A stretch of DNA of 64,000 nucleotides from Chrysomallon squamiferum (GCA_012295275.1 CM022668.1:16368001-16432000), one strand, 5' to 3'. Shown: positions 14,586 through 41,047, numbered from the stretch's first letter. Made by a program: numbers and translations. The notes: generated by a model from the letters alone, not told the origin.

Positions 14586-15272
14586 TTCTGTACATGTGTT
14601 TCTGTTTATGTAGGTATAAGTGAGTGTGAGCTTTCATACGTTTGAATATAGGTGCATGAATGTAATTAAAAATGTAAATATTCTAAGTTGTCTACATCTG
14701 AACAGATTCTGCACAAAGACTGTGTTTGACAACGTATTGTCACCGGAGCTCAAAGTCCAAACACAGCCTCACGACGTCAGCCGCCGGTGACACGACGTCA
14801 GCATGTTGCTTTTACTCGACTACCGAGACGACGTCAGTTGTATATCTTTTAGGCAGGAACGCGCATGTCACGGCATTTGATAAACAAATGTTAGAAAATC
14901 GATCCTTAGCAGTCTTGAGCAGAACTCGGCTCAGGAACCATCAGGCCTGACGAGGGAATGGTTACCGTGAAAGAAAACACTCCGCACAATGTTTTGCTGT
15001 TGCTGAAAGAAAACAGAATGTTAATTTATAAGTTATTGTGTTTATGTGAACGTCACAGGTGCGTGCCTCAAAGCGTTCATATTAACATTTATATCTGCTC
15101 ACATCTACGTCTGAGCTGAGAATGTTATCACCGTGGCTTGTGTCAAGAAAATTAATCTCGTTAAATCAACGCGAATAAAAACAAACAAAAAAAAGTAACA
15201 ATTTAATAATAATAATAAAAATTCTCGTTTCTACATAATAAGATAAACATTTCTCTCAAACTCCCAAAAGCA

Positions 15273-15445
15273 CCGGAAGCGGAAGCGTTTCCTTTTCGTT
15301 TTGAAGAGAACATTCAGAAAGGGGAAATAACTCGCGTGTTATTCTTCAGTCCAATCAAATTTTGTGACCGATTTTTTTTTTTTTTTTTTTATATAATTAG
15401 ACTGACGTCATCTTGTAATTTATTCTTTTTATGATGATGACGTCA
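15273..15445. promoter_or_regulatory. Candidate promoter or enhancer motif cluster
   Basis: Tandem ETS-like ccggaagcggaag (15273-15285), CCAAT (15351) and two perfect CRE palindromes tgacgtca (15403-15410, 15438-15445); motif match only. Confidence 0.3.
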
Positions 15446-16577
15446 CACCTCAGCGTTCTAAATCCTGGCTGCACACTTGTCTTATTTGCAGAACTGGAAA
15501 TGATTAGTTAATAGAATCAGGTCTGGTTAAGACGTATTTAGATACTTCCTCTGTTTGCTTTTATATCATGTTTATCGATTTGCTTTCATTTAAAAGGGAC
15601 AGAATCTTCTATTTACGTATCATTCTCCAGCTGTGAATACGACTTTAAATACTCGCAGTGACTAATAACTTAGCCATAAATATTTAAATATATCATTAAC
15701 GTATCGACAACTAATGTAAACTGTATTTAAAGATTATTTCCTTGAACTGTTCAGAATTAATAAGGACTTATCAGAAGTACGTAAGATAGTAAAACTGCAT
15801 TTCCAAATAGACATCAACACACACACACACACGCACAGACGTATACTGAAGCGTACGTACATATAAACACGCGCATACACATACAATCATTTCGCTCACA
15901 AATACGAAAATATTTCTTTGGATATTCTGAATTCATTTAAACTGTACCTAACACTTTCTAGAATTAAACATTAATAACTGTTTAGAGCAAATCTATACAA
16001 GCTGTAAAGTTAAATTCAGTCGTTAGCTGTAAACACATCTTGGGTACAGCATTAGCATGTGAGGAAACGAGATGTGATATCTGTGGTGGGTATTTGTCAC
16101 TCGAGTGCAGAGCTGTTCGGATTAATGGACGATTCCGCGTGCCGAGCTCGTTACGTATATCAGAGTTAACTCAGTTTGATAGCAGCACACAAAACGCTCC
16201 ACTAATTAACACGAGACTCCCGAGTCTCCGCACATAACTTTCAATACGAAATGTGTTAATTAAGGAGAAAAAGTAATTTGGATGTAGGAAGATGCATTAG
16301 TCTCCAGCACTTTTCAGACCTGCTCTTTGACAAAGTAATGGAGTACACACCTCCTCCGCGATCACTGGAATCTCGGTAGATACGTTTGTCCCGTTACGTA
16401 GTAAGGTGAAATTCCGTACTGGTTTCTTGATTCATTTTTGTGATACAAACCATATAGGATCGTCAGCATTCCTTTGTATTCATGTAGACGCCAGAACAAT
16501 TAAAACAGACATTAATAAACGTATTTACAATTACGTGTATTCTTAAATACTCTTTTAAAAAAAAAGGCTAACCAACA

Positions 16578-16934
<357 letters not shown>

Positions 16935-17477
16935 AGTAAGAAGACGAGAGATAAACAGCCAGACAGTCTGTCAGACAGAGATAAGATATGAAACAATTTA
17001 TTTAATAATTTATGTTACTGCCTTCATCGCGGAATACATCAAACACATATATACACAAAACCCACACAGTCAAATGAAAAAATAATAATAGTAATAAATA
17101 AATAAATAAAAATAAATGAATAAACAAAAATAAAAATAAAAATAATAAGAAGACGAAAAAGAGAAAAGAAAAGCAAAACACATACATACGTAATTTTTTC
17201 GTACTTTCATACACACATATATACATTATTACATATATACAGACTTACATGCATACATACATACATACTTACATGCATACATAGATACAAACATATACAC
17301 ACATACATGCATAAATACATTCATACACACATACAGACATACCTATATACAAACATACATTTCAGATTCATACCTATGTAGACAGGCAGACGTAAAAATA
17401 TACATATACACACAAACACGCAAACAGCAGTACATACATATATTACAAAAATAAGTGTATTTAATAATATTTTCATT

Positions 17478-17710
17478 GCGAGGTGTTTTTGGAGCGAATG
17501 GTATGTTTGTTCGCTGAGGGAGTGCGGGTGAATGGGTGCCACAAGTTCGAGTCTCGTCAGCGGCATCTGACGTGTTTGTGAAATCGTGACTGGACTTTGT
17601 CCTCCTGCGCCAGTGCGTTCCCGAATATTGTCTATGTGCAGAGTCTATTCAGACGTACATAAGTCAGACAACACTCAGTCCTAAATAAATACATACCTAC
17701 ATACATACAC
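17478..17710 (+). mobile_element. Degenerate tRNA-derived SINE candidate
   Basis: A-box-like tggagcgaatgg (17490-17501), B-box-like agttcgagtctc (17544-17555), ~130-bp body, then an aataaatacatac/(CATA)n tail. Confidence 0.4.
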
Positions 17711-17720
17711 ATACATACAA

Positions 17721-17767
<47 letters not shown>

Positions 17768-18163
17768 ATACTCTAACCTCGGTGCACACACAAGAGAGAT
17801 TATTAATTTCATCTCAAATCTTCATTAAACCAGATTCACAGTGAACTCTTTCATGACACGTCTCTGAAATAGATAATGACACGTTTAGACAATTATTGTG
17901 GAGGACGGAGAAGTAAGTGCTGGTTTAATCACACAGGTGTTTAGTGAGCCGGGCGCCGTACTTTCTCATACCACAGACCATCCAATTACCTACAGTTTAA
18001 CCTTGACCTTGCTGTTGTGTCGTGAAGTCACCAATAATAGACTGTAAACTGTAAAGTCAACACGATCAAGTCTGACTGCATCTGCAATAACAAAATAGAA
18101 AAAAAGTGTAATGTTATATCCCTTACTTATTTAGTGTGTGTGTGTAATCGTATCTTAAAATCT

Positions 18164-18243
<80 letters not shown>

Positions 18244-18900
18244 ATGTTTCTCTCTCTCTCTCTCTCTCTCTACTCTAGCTACATGTATGCAGATACATAT
18301 AAACATATATATACAAACAAACACGCACACACACACACACACACATATTTATACTCTGTGTGTTTATACTTTTTATCTTCTAAGAAAATGTGCAGCGTGA
18401 GAAATCGTGACGTATCATATTTTGTGTATGTAACTGTGTATGTCTATACGTGTCTATATCTATATATATATAAATTATTCCCACTTGTAAAATATAACAC
18501 AGCACACCTGACTTACATCTTATAAGAACAAAACATAGAACACTGAATATGCTTTTAATATTAACTGATAACAGGAAGATAAGAGTTTTCTTTTTAATTA
18601 TTTCTTTTACTTTTTTCTTCTTTTTTTTATTTTTATTTTTTATTTATTTATTTTTTTTTTTCTTTCCTACGTGTATGAGAGATAGCGTCCTTCTTGTGTC
18701 TTCTCTCTGTTTTTTTGTCGCTGTGTTATTATCACTGGAATTCTCTCTCTGTTTTTTTGTCGCTGTGTTATTATCACTGGAATTCTCTCTCTGTTGTAAA
18801 CTGAATCCAGCGCCGCGCCGAGAAAAATCAGTCAATCGATTTTCTGCTGACGTCATTAAATAATGATATAAAGAAACACTGAACGTGTAGACGTCTACCT

Positions 18901-19314
<414 letters not shown>

Positions 19315-21223
19315 TCTTTTTGTTGTTCTTCTTCTTTTTATTATTTCTTTCTTCTTCTTCTTCTTCTTCTTCTTCTTCTTCTTCTTCTTTTTTTCATTTC
19401 TTATTACTATTTTTCATTTCTTAAACTGACACACTTATAAATAAATTATCTAAGACTAAGCGGTTTACTCCGCTCGTTAAAAAAACGCACAAAAACACTT
19501 GAAATAAACCCTCAAATTTTCTTTTGTGCCTGGACGAGTTTTCAACCGTCGTGACGCTGTTTGTGTGACCTGCTTTGTGTTCAGATTCCTCGACTGCTGC
19601 AACGTGAAGCTGTGCTCAGATTGAGCGCAGTCCTGGAAGAGATTTTCACGTCAATCAATCTTTCACGTTCATCTCCTGGTTGGTTATAAAACCTTTAATA
19701 GTTGGGGTTTTTTTTTCTTCTTCTTTGTTGAGCTCGACCTGCATTACTTGTAAACATGAGAAGCAGCTATATAACAGCTAATTATGTATTTATTTTATAT
19801 CTCATCATGTTAATATGTATTTTATTTCACAGCCTTCAGACAAATGTAGAAAGAATGCTTTCAACACTGTATTTATTTATTTTATTTATTTATTTATTTA
19901 TCTTTCTTTCTTTCAGTCTTTGCATCAGTCTAGTTCTCTCTTGTTTCTCTCTCGTTTTCTCTCACTCACTTTATTCATTTCTGTCTCTTTTCAGATAACA
20001 TACAAATGTATCCTTTTTCTGAAATATATACATTGCTGTATATTTATAAACAGTTTTTTAAATCTGTAAACAAGTGTATTAACATTGTACGGAAACCGGT
20101 TTCAGATATCGCAGAGTCCTTGACCTTTGGTAGCGAAGAAGTGGATCATAAATATTTGCTGTCCAAGTTCATCACCGGTTTCAGCTTTTGTCAAATAGCA
20201 ACAGCAGGTCTGTCCTATCTCCTGCATCGCTTCTGTGTTTGCGTTTCATGAATCAAAACGTGTTTGTTTCTCTTTCTGATTTACCTACAAGTATTGTTTA
20301 CATGATAAATTATAAAAATAATATTCTTCTTCCTGCTCTGTTCGCGTATCTATTTCTTACCTGTCTGAGTAATGCGCTGTACTCACTATGAGAAGTTTAG
20401 TGTATTTCCTTTACTGTCTGAGAAATCTAACGTGTTTATTAACAGTCAGATACTTAGTGGTTTTTTTAACAGTGTCGTAAGTTTAGTGCGTTGTCTTAAT
20501 AGTGTGAAAAATATATTTTTGATTGTATGCGAGTTTGATTTCTTTTCATATCCGTGTGAGAGTTGTTTTCTAAAGCTGACACAGAGAGCTTGCGTAGATT
20601 AAGGTTAGTTGCGGAGATTGTGAACAAAACAATTACTGAATAAATAATCACATTTGTGATGACTGAACAAATGTAACAGTAGAATTATAATGTGGTTTTT
20701 TTTTTTCAGTTGTTATGTTTGCTTTTGGTAGTCGTTTTTCAGAAAGTTCGGCTTAAGGCTTGTTTTGTTTGTTTTTTTTGTGCTTTTTCTTACAGTAATG
20801 AAACCCTTTTTCTTTTGCAATATGTTTCACACATTTTATGCCAAACTGTAAACATTTGAGCCGTTTTCCCTATAGTGTCACCGTGTTTGTGTTCAGGAGA
20901 AATCCAAATTAAATAACACATTCATCGATTATTACGTACATTTAAAATGACTGAGTTACATTTTGCACTTTGAGTTCTTGGTAAGAGTAGAAACTAAATA
21001 GTTAGTAGTATATTATGAAATGAGAAGAACAAACGTACACACCAACATAAATACATAGTTTTAATGTTGTTATTAGACATTTTTGAACATTTTCTGATTG
21101 TTTTGTTGTTTATTTGTTAATGGCGACTCATCTTTCCCAGAATTAAAGTGAGTGAAATAAGTTCTTTTATGTCGAGACTGTATTTCGTATCGAGTAGTAT
21201 CAAATAATCCTTACAGACTGAGT

Positions 21224-21312
<89 letters not shown>

Positions 21313-22578
21313 TGTGATAATAACCAATAATAAAGTTTGAAACTTGTAATTTTAAAGCCAATATTTGAATGATTGTTCATGATTTCATTTTTTTATTATT
21401 AGTGTTGTTATTATTTTCAACATTATCATCAACTTATTATTATAGCAATAATAATGTTAATAATGATGATGATGATGATGATTATAATAACATAATAATA
21501 ACAATGATAATAATACATTTTTGTTGTTATTGTTGTTGTTATTAAATTTTTTTTTTTTTTTTTTCAAATGGTCTATGGGTGTGGTATTACAGCTACAAAC
21601 GACACTTTTATTACACATTTTTTAAGATTATTGTGCTGTGGTTGTTTTATTTGTGTTGTTTATCAAGTTATTTGCTGGGCAGTTACAGATTTGCCGGGCA
21701 GTTACAGATTTGCCGGGCAGACAGCAAGTTTAAGTTTTGTATTATTTAAAACTGTCCGGCTTACAACGAGACCTGTTTGTCAGAGACGTGTTGTGTTACT
21801 CTGTCCACTCTGTGTCCACTCTGTGTCCACTCGGTGTCCACTGTGTGGGTCAGTCTGTATGGGACGTCATCTTGTATCCGATAACACTAATCATGCAAAA
21901 CTGCTAACGGGGTTTGTTGTAAACAAGTCAAACGAATGTGATGGTCACACGGATACCCTGACCTTTGACACGTGTGAAGTGACCATTGGTCCCGATTTTC
22001 AACTTGAGATAAATCTTCAAGAAAATAAAAAAATTATATCTAAACACACATCAGAAACAAGAAAACACGAGAAATCCGTATTATACATGTCAACGAAGAT
22101 CAAAAACATTTATTATTATTATTTAAAAAAAAAAAAATTGTGAAGCAGTAGAACGTGCAAGCTTTTCTTCTTCTTCACAATAGAAATAATCTTTTTCTAA
22201 GTAGATCACGAAGTTCGGTTTACAGAAGATAAATCAGCAGCAACCTACATCTTTTATTTGTGTTTTGAATACGTCACAGCAAGGCAGAGGTTACTGAATT
22301 GTGAATATGTGCATATAAAGTACAAAACAAACTTGAAGAAAACTAAAGTAAAACTTTTCGCCCCTTCATGTTCACGCCTCTCTGACAGCTAAAGAAAAAG
22401 TCTTTAACGTTTAAGCAGCGGATACATATATGTTTGTTTTTTGAAAAACGAAGTAAAACGTTTGTGGAAAAGGACGTCAATTGTTTATAAGCTGGACATA
22501 AAGTTTTATGACGGGGACCGTAACGTTTTGCGTAGTCTGCAGAGAAACCAGAACACAAGAGACATACTAACTGACAAC

Positions 22579-22668
22579 ATGACAATTGAAGACGGAACTA
22601 AAAGAATGGGAAAGTCAAAAACTGGAATGAGTATAAAAGCGACAGACAACTCGGCCTACTGGTACAAG
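22579..22668 (+). CDS. Candidate upstream coding exon of the proton channel gene (MTIEDGTKRMGKSKTGMSIKATDNSAYWYK)
   Basis: ATG plus 30 codons ending at the strong donor AAG|gtaagc in phase 0; the acceptor exon at 29631 is phase 0 and open (YLAAQTVKIAS) up to ATG 29664. Confidence 0.45.
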
Positions 22669-23241
22669 GTAAGCAATAGCTGCCGGGAGTTTCATTACGC
22701 GTTTTAAGAAAGAAAGTTTTAAAATTGACTCATTCTTTTGCATGCAGGTACAGTGTAAAACTGAGAAAAAAAAGAAAAAAAGAAAAAAAAAACTAAAAAT
22801 ATTTCCCAATTAAACGTTATGAAAATAACTTAGTTTACAATTTTCTAAGTGGGAGGTACTTTTCTTATTGGTATTATATCTCGCTAATTTAAAATATTAA
22901 TCATCTTAAGTGCAGAAGCACCTTTCAAGAAACGATCCACCTTTATCGACTGACCTTCTCATTTCTTCTAATTAAGAAAATAAGTGATAAAATCTTAACA
23001 AAAACTTATATTATTGTAATAAAGTGATAAAAATAACCTAGCATTACTTTTTGTTATTGACTGCTTGATATCTCTAATGTGATATATTTGATGGGAGGTA
23101 TGCGCTTGATTGTCTAAATTAAATTTTACGTTTAACATGTAATTGACAAGAGTGTTAAAATGTGGCTGCTTATGTGCAAGCGAGTTTAATTTGTTAGACT
23201 GATTACATTATTTACTTTACAAACTTTAGCAGATTATGTTT

Positions 23242-23332
<91 letters not shown>

Positions 23333-24537
23333 ATCGTAACTTTTACATCTTTGACACGTAATTGTTAAATATATATTGTATGATCATTTAACTACCACTA
23401 ATTCTTTCACGATTTATTTCTTCAGATTTCGTTTTGAAAAAAAAAAAAAAAAAAAAAACAACAACTCAAATACTCTTATAATTTGAAAAAAAAAAAGCCG
23501 TGCTAGCTAATTTTAATAAACTAAAAATCATTAAAGTAAGCTACATCTCTTTGTTTACATCGACAATTCGAATTGCTTATAAGATCCACGGTAATTTCAG
23601 AGCTAGAGTTATCTCCCCTGACGGTTTTCAAGCACCCAGTAACGATTTCATTTATTAATTTTAGGGAAAAAAGACAATAAATAAATAAATAAATAAATAA
23701 ATAAAATTAATTAAAAATAATAATAATAAAAAAAATTGAAAAATGAAAAATGAAAAACAGCTACAAATTCACTTTTTTCTTTTGTTCAACTTTCAGCAGT
23801 AACTGAAATAACACATTAAGATACGTTTTACTAAAACTAGACTTGCTATGTCCAAAACAAACAACAACAAAAAAAAAAAGCCATAGTTAAAATGAAAAAT
23901 CTAAGGCGCTATGAAGGTCAAAGAATAAGGTTACATAGTAAGAATAAGAACTTTAAAAATGTTTACAAAAAAGGAGGAAGTAACGAAACAGAATATTATG
24001 GCAGACAGTTTGAGTAATGAATGTGTGGTAATAGAACTCTTTTTTAGTAACGTATATTTATTTATCATTTCTCCTGTTTATGGGAAGGTGCGTAAAAAAG
24101 GTCAGATGCCGCTTATCTATAAACGAAGTCGATATAGTCAACATTATACAGCTAACAATAGTTATTTTAATACTCAGAGACGTTAGACTGAAAAATAAAT
24201 AAGTAAATAAATGAAAAGGTTTTCATACTGAGGTGCCGAGGTGAAAAAGAAATATCCACTCATTAACATTTCCCGTTCCGACCACTGCTCCTCTGCTGAC
24301 CTATCAAAGAACAATTACTTGTCTGTGGGAAAGTCTTCGGTTCAGCAGGAGTAGTCTGTTATTATATATCATTATGTTAAAAATAACATATTTCCCATTC
24401 CATTCCTTGCTCCTTGACTGGTTTATAGAGTCCCATATAAATATATATATATATATATATCCTGTTTCTGGTAAGGTGATATAGCATTCACTGTTGTTTA
24501 TCTGTATCAGTTTGTGTTGGCCTTGCATTATTATTAC

Positions 24538-24584
<47 letters not shown>

Positions 24585-25782
24585 CCCCCAAAAACGTTGA
24601 TATTAAAATATTATGAGGTGTCGATGGAAGAAAATGTTTGTAATATTCGTGCGTTGCTGGCGAGACTAATGAAGTTTTCTGCTTCTTCACAGAAACCTGA
24701 TCTGCACGTAACCAGGTTACTGCGTGAGACAGAAACACTCCGACTCTGTAACCAAACCCATTACACGCCTCGCTGGTTCTCACGCCTTCCGCAGACAGAA
24801 CACAAATGAGAAATCGGTAATATTTTCAAATGGGATTTACTGATAAATATTGCTGCCGTCGTGCGAAATGTGTCTGCGGTTACAAAGTAAAAAATCTGTA
24901 ATAAAAACAGCGATGGGTTTGGCAGATGATTTATCGAAATTATTTTTACGATGACGAAAGGAAAGTGACAGATACGGAGTCATCTATGTGGCTGTACACG
25001 TACAGGTTGAAGAAATATCATATTGTAAATGTAGTTGTTGTTGTGGTTTTTTTGTGATGGGTTTAAATTACCATTTGTTTAGCGCTGGGTTTAAAATCGT
25101 AATGAAACCATAGCCATATATCAGTACGTTTACGTACAAACACAAATGTGATGATATTAAATAATCATTAGTTCTTTCTTTTATTCGTTCATTCATCCAA
25201 CCATTGTGTCAACCCATAACGCTCTTTAACAGTTCTGGTCTGGCACAAACGAATTATTATATGACTGTCTGCAGTCATAATACATCATATTTTTTCTTTG
25301 TGCTGTTAGCTTATCACATTAATTTAATAACATTTTTCTAACAGATACTTTTTACGGAAGAAATAACATTTTTTTTTTTTTTTTGGTTTTGTATAATCAA
25401 TATACATGTAGTAAAAAATTTATAAATATGCAAACATGAAGAAATATTGTTCAAACACGGATAATTATTTTGTTCTCTTTGTTTCTGGTGACACGTGTTT
25501 TAGAAATCAATGAGATGTTGTTTTCATTTTAACTGCAACAGTGAAACTCACGCGTAATCTCGCCTGCAGTGTTAGTATTGATTGCACCAACTTTGATCTT
25601 GTTGTACGTAGATGAATGAATGGTAATCCGTATAGCAGTGTTACTGTCGTGTTGGTTTCCATTGTTACTCGAGTGTTTTCAGTTGTCACACTCGAGATAA
25701 AAGACAGCTGTATAACAACAACCTCAGAAACAGAATGATTACCCTTATTTATTAACAGTAATAGACTATCTGAAAGAGTTAA

Positions 25783-25891
<109 letters not shown>

Positions 25892-26128
25892 GTGGAAATA
25901 TAAAGTTAGTACATTTTTCTCATTTTTCATACTAAATATTGCACATATTAAGTCAGGTTTTCATACTTTATTATTATTAAAGAGTGGTCGTATGTTACAA
26001 TGAGAATAATTGTTTGATCTGTGTGTATGTGTGTGCACTGTTGAATAAAAATATAACCTAAAACAAATTAATGTATTGCCTTCTTCTTTCACCGGGTGTT
26101 ATTTTAATGAAATTACTTATTTATTTAA

Positions 26129-26177
<49 letters not shown>

Positions 26178-26561
26178 GTTATTATTATTATTGTTGTTGT
26201 TGTTGTTATATATTTTATTTATTTGATTGCTGTTTTATTGTCATGTTTAATTTATTAATTTATGTTAATATATGTGATGTTTTGTTGTTATTGTAGTGGG
26301 GTAGTACATGATAATTGAAAACTGTGTGATTGTATCAACTTGTCAACGTGTTGTTGACTCAAACACAGACCAAGTTCAAGATACAACCTCAGATACTTGT
26401 TATCTCTGAATATTACTTTAATAAACAAACTAATTTGCATATTAAATAGGTAATACACTGGAAGATATTTTAACAGATACAGTTTACTTAACGCTTTGAT
26501 TGAGATCATTTTTACATTTACCAAACTTGGGGCCATTTAAATTAACTGTAATAAAACCGAC

Positions 26562-26594
<33 letters not shown>

Positions 26595-26869
26595 TTCCTG
26601 TAATATGTAAATATGATAATTTGACCAGTAACGTTCGTATCTTTTGGTTTTATTCTGAAATATAAAAATGCTTACAACATTATGGTAATACTGATATTCT
26701 TGGAATAATTCTGAATTCAGATATAATGCTTGTATACGTAATGATGTTACAGTATAATATTAATTAGTTAATAATTTAGTTAGAATAAAAGAAAATCAAA
26801 AGCATAATAGAATTTTATTTACTGTAAAGTGCTTTTGTTTGACACTTCTGTTTCAAGTTGGCACACAAC

Positions 26870-27111
26870 TGCTGCTACTACTACTACTACTGCAACATTA
26901 CTACTACCTGTTTTTACATTTATTACTACTACTACTAGTACTATTACTACTACTACTATTACAGCAACATTTATGCTACTACTACTACTACTTTACTACT
27001 TTTACTTGTTACTTTACTACTATTACTTCTAGTACTATTACAACAAAACTATTACTGCTACAGCAGTTCCTGCTACATTTACCTACTACAACTACTACTA
27101 TAATTAATATT

Positions 27112-27158
<47 letters not shown>

Positions 27159-27270
27159 ACAAAACTTACAACAGTTCCTTACGACTACTACTACTACTAC
27201 TACTACTACTATTACGACTACTACTACTACTACTCTACTTCTGCTACGACTACTACTACAATGACTACTA
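26870..27270. repeat. Degenerate (ACT)n microsatellite
   Basis: Direct reading. Confidence 0.85.
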
Positions 27271-27998
27271 GTGCTGTTACTGAAATGACCACTGTCTTTG
27301 TCTTTCGGATGATTTTAAACCGAATCGCAAAAATTTCGTAAAACAAAATTAGTTCTGTAAAAGAAAGAACGATGCAAGCAACACGTCTATATGAACTGTC
27401 AACATGTATTAAACGGGTCTAGAATTCCGGCTTAAATTATGACAAACGAGAACACTTTTAAAACGTCTTCCTCAAGTCAGTGTGCTAAGGATTGTGGAAG
27501 AAATAAAATATTAAAACAATCAATAGTAAAGTACGAAACATCTTTTGTTTTCAAAACAAAAATCGTTTGGGATTTTCTCATGATAATAGATGGCGCACAT
27601 TGATCGTTACTAGCAGATCTTTTTCTGCTCCTGGTTTCAGCTGTTCAGACATGCTTGTCAGGACGTTTCTCCTTTTCGTTAGGAAATACTTCGTGTGAAA
27701 AACAAAAATAATAATAACAATAACAATAACAATGATACCTGTTCGTCAGGGAAAGTCGAGAAAGAAACAGAAGAAATGTCGAGGAATTAACTATTCGTAC
27801 ATGGTGAGAGGTTTTACGTTTCATCTTTTCTGTATTAATTAAAGTATCACGTTGAAAAGTAATGTCCTTGAGCAGTGAAACTGTGAAATACAGGATGGTC
27901 ATCGCCAAACCTGAACTGTATCATTATTATATAAATATTCCGTGTCGATCTGCAGTAACATGACCATTCTAATTAAGTAAAAACTACTCTTTTTCTTT

Positions 27999-28050
<52 letters not shown>

Positions 28051-28384
28051 CAACTCTTTCAAGGTATTCTGGTTTCGGAGAATTTTTGTATAAAGGCTAG
28101 TCTAATGAATGTTATACGAAAATGAAAGCAATCCGTTAAAGATTAATGTTATTTATTATTATTATTATTATTATTTATTATTATTATTATTAACAGTGGT
28201 GGTAATAGTACTAACAGTAATAACAGTAGTAGTAATAGTAATAGTAGTAGTAGCAGAAGAGCAGCAGCAGTACTGCTAATAGTAGTAGTAGTTGTTGTGG
28301 TTGTAGTAGTAGTAATACCAGGAAGACGAATAGTAACGGCATTGTTATTGTTTATTATTGTTGTGTTACTATCATCGTCATCAC

Positions 28385-28426
<42 letters not shown>

Positions 28427-28497
28427 CAATAAGCAATGTTCGTTGTTTTGATTACTTTAAACATTCATTCAATCAGTTCACCATTCCGAGAAAAAGT

Positions 28498-28705
28498 AGA
28501 CATTACTTAAACAGCATGAATGAAAATAAAGATGACGTAGAAGAAATCCTACACCAACAGTTATAAGTAAACATTATTTAAACAGAGTGAATGAAAATAA
28601 AGATGGCGTAGAAATTCTACACAAACAATTATAAGTAAACATTATTTAAACAGAATGAATGAAAATAGAGATGACGTAGAAATTCTACACAAACAGTTGT
28701 AAGCA
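28498..28705. repeat. ~68-70 bp tandem repeat x3
   Basis: acattatttaaacaga..gaatgaaaata.agatg.cgtagaa.ttctacac occurs three times. Confidence 0.8.
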
Positions 28706-29527
28706 AAGATCCATCAAGTGAGATACGTGTAACCGAAGTCGCTCAGTGTGGACTCTGACAGAAGAATTATTGCACGTGTGTGAAGACAAACAGCAATTAG
28801 TGGAAAACGTCCATTCAGACGAACGTAATAAATATGTCTGTCACACGAAAGTGACAGGTGAAATAAACCACTGTGGTGTGTGCGGATGTTAAAGGTATAC
28901 TGGGAATCAAGCGCGTTTGGGGACTTTGTGTGGAATTAGTATTAACTGTAAAATGAGAGAATATTCCCTGGGATGAATGATGTCTGAGCTCAGAATTTGA
29001 CCATCTTTAAGAAGTGGCTGAAGCATAAATCTGTTTTCATTCATCAGTAGAATTATATGACGACAATCGTATTATCAAACAATCAGTTATATCACATCAT
29101 ATCATTTATATCAAATAGTCACTAACGGTTGTGACTGGGTTTTTTCCCTTTCCAAACCCTGCCCCAAGACAAGAATATCAAACCCTCTGCTGTGTTGTAT
29201 CAAATAGGAATGTTCTTTGTCGCCATAAATAGATGTATTTTTTCCATTATCATTATAATATATACTCATGCACACACTACACACAACACACAACACAGCT
29301 TAATCAAACTTGAAATGTTGAGATATCATGAAGCACATGTTATATTTGTATTAATCTGTGACTATTAAATGCACATCTGAAATATATTGTGTTAATTATT
29401 GGCCAATATGGAATGTTATGTATATCGTTGTATTTGTACGTTGGCTTGTATGTGTGTGTAAGTGGTAATATATGAGCGTCCATCTATCTATCTATCTGCC
29501 TCTTTAAATAGATAGATAGATACATAC

Positions 29528-29565
<38 letters not shown>

Positions 29566-29663
29566 GTGTTGGGTTCAATCCAGTCTGATTCCGTTTGATA
29601 AATACACTTATTTATTTATTTTATGTTTAGTATCTGGCGGCGCAGACGGTGAAGATAGCCTCT

Positions 29664-39776
<10,113 letters not shown>

Positions 39777-40396
39777 GCTGTCAAGAACGGAATAAACAGT
39801 TTATTTTTGTATTGATGAGAGAGAAAAGGGAGGATGAAGCGATATTTTGTACGGATATTTGTTTATTTGTCATAGTGATCAGAGTGTGCATAGTGCCTTC
39901 TCACAAAATTAACAGCACAATATATTTTGAAAAAAAAAAAACACAAAAAATCCCAGCAAACAGTGGAGAAAGATAAACTTTGATGTTTGAACGGATGTGA
40001 TGTTTGAGCTTAGGTGATTTCGAGATTTATGTACAAGAATGTTTGATGTGAACTGTTACACTGAATTCACGTTACAAGACTTTAATTAACTCAGTTTTAC
40101 AATAATTGACTTCATCGTGTTTTTTGTTCGAGGCACAGAGACAACAGTTTGTGAAATTTGCCAATACATTACTGGGACATTTATTTATAAGAGTACCTGG
40201 AACAATATATTTTTTTATACTGCATTCATGTCTATACCTGGAACAATATATTCGTTAAGATAAACGAGAAAAGTAGTAAGAATAATAATAAAAATAAATT
40301 AATTTAAAATGAAAAAAATAAACGTTGTCAGTTTAAGCAGACTATTTCAACGTTTGGTTAAAAAAATAAAAATAAAATAATAAAAATAAAAATAAA

Positions 40397-40428
<32 letters not shown>

Positions 40429-40544
40429 AAAATTATAGTTTGCAAATATGAATTATCGTTTCGAAAACTTACTAGTGGATGTTAAAACGAATAAACAACT
40501 TCACTGTCAGCACATCGCTTTCAGACGTTCTAATTTTATAACTG

Positions 40545-40705
40545 TTTAATTAATACGTATCAGGTTTAATTAGTACGTATCAGGTTTAATTAGTACGTAT
40601 CAGGTTTAATTAATACTATCAGGTTTAATTAATACGTATCAGGTTTAGTTAATACGTATCAGGTTTAATTAGTACGTATCAGGTTTAATTAATACGTATC
40701 AGGTT
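40545..40705. repeat. 20-bp tandem repeat x8 (tttaattartacgtatcagg), probably within the Hv 3' UTR
   Basis: Direct reading. Confidence 0.85.
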
Positions 40706-41002
40706 GTATGTTTAAACGGCTCACTTAAACGTATTCAATACAAATAAGACAATAAAAGTGCGAATATAAATAAAATCTTAACACAATTAAATGATAACAC
40801 AAACTAAAGTTAAGAACAGCAGTTTGGCTCAGCCGGTTAAATTAAAACGTTCAGAATAAAACAATAAGGTCATTAATAAAATAATAAGAGAATTAGTGAA
40901 AATGATTTAGTTGTGAAATACAAATAATAATGGAAATTATTTTTATCTGATTTACTAATATGGCCAGATATATATATATTCTTTCTTTCTTTCTTTCTTC
41001 TT

Positions 41003-41033
<31 letters not shown>

Positions 41034-41047
41034 TTATTATTATTATT

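Noticed and set aside
13978-14645. MYVC, ERER, SLSL, poly-I/L/T and FILFY ORFs here and throughout the window
   Set aside because: Translations of microsatellites.
17478-17570. Functional tRNA gene
   Set aside because: I could not fold a cloverleaf and there is no poly-T terminator; kept only as a SINE-head candidate.
21568-22143. 191-aa ORF
   Set aside because: No recognisable motif, includes short local duplications and has no convincing splice context.
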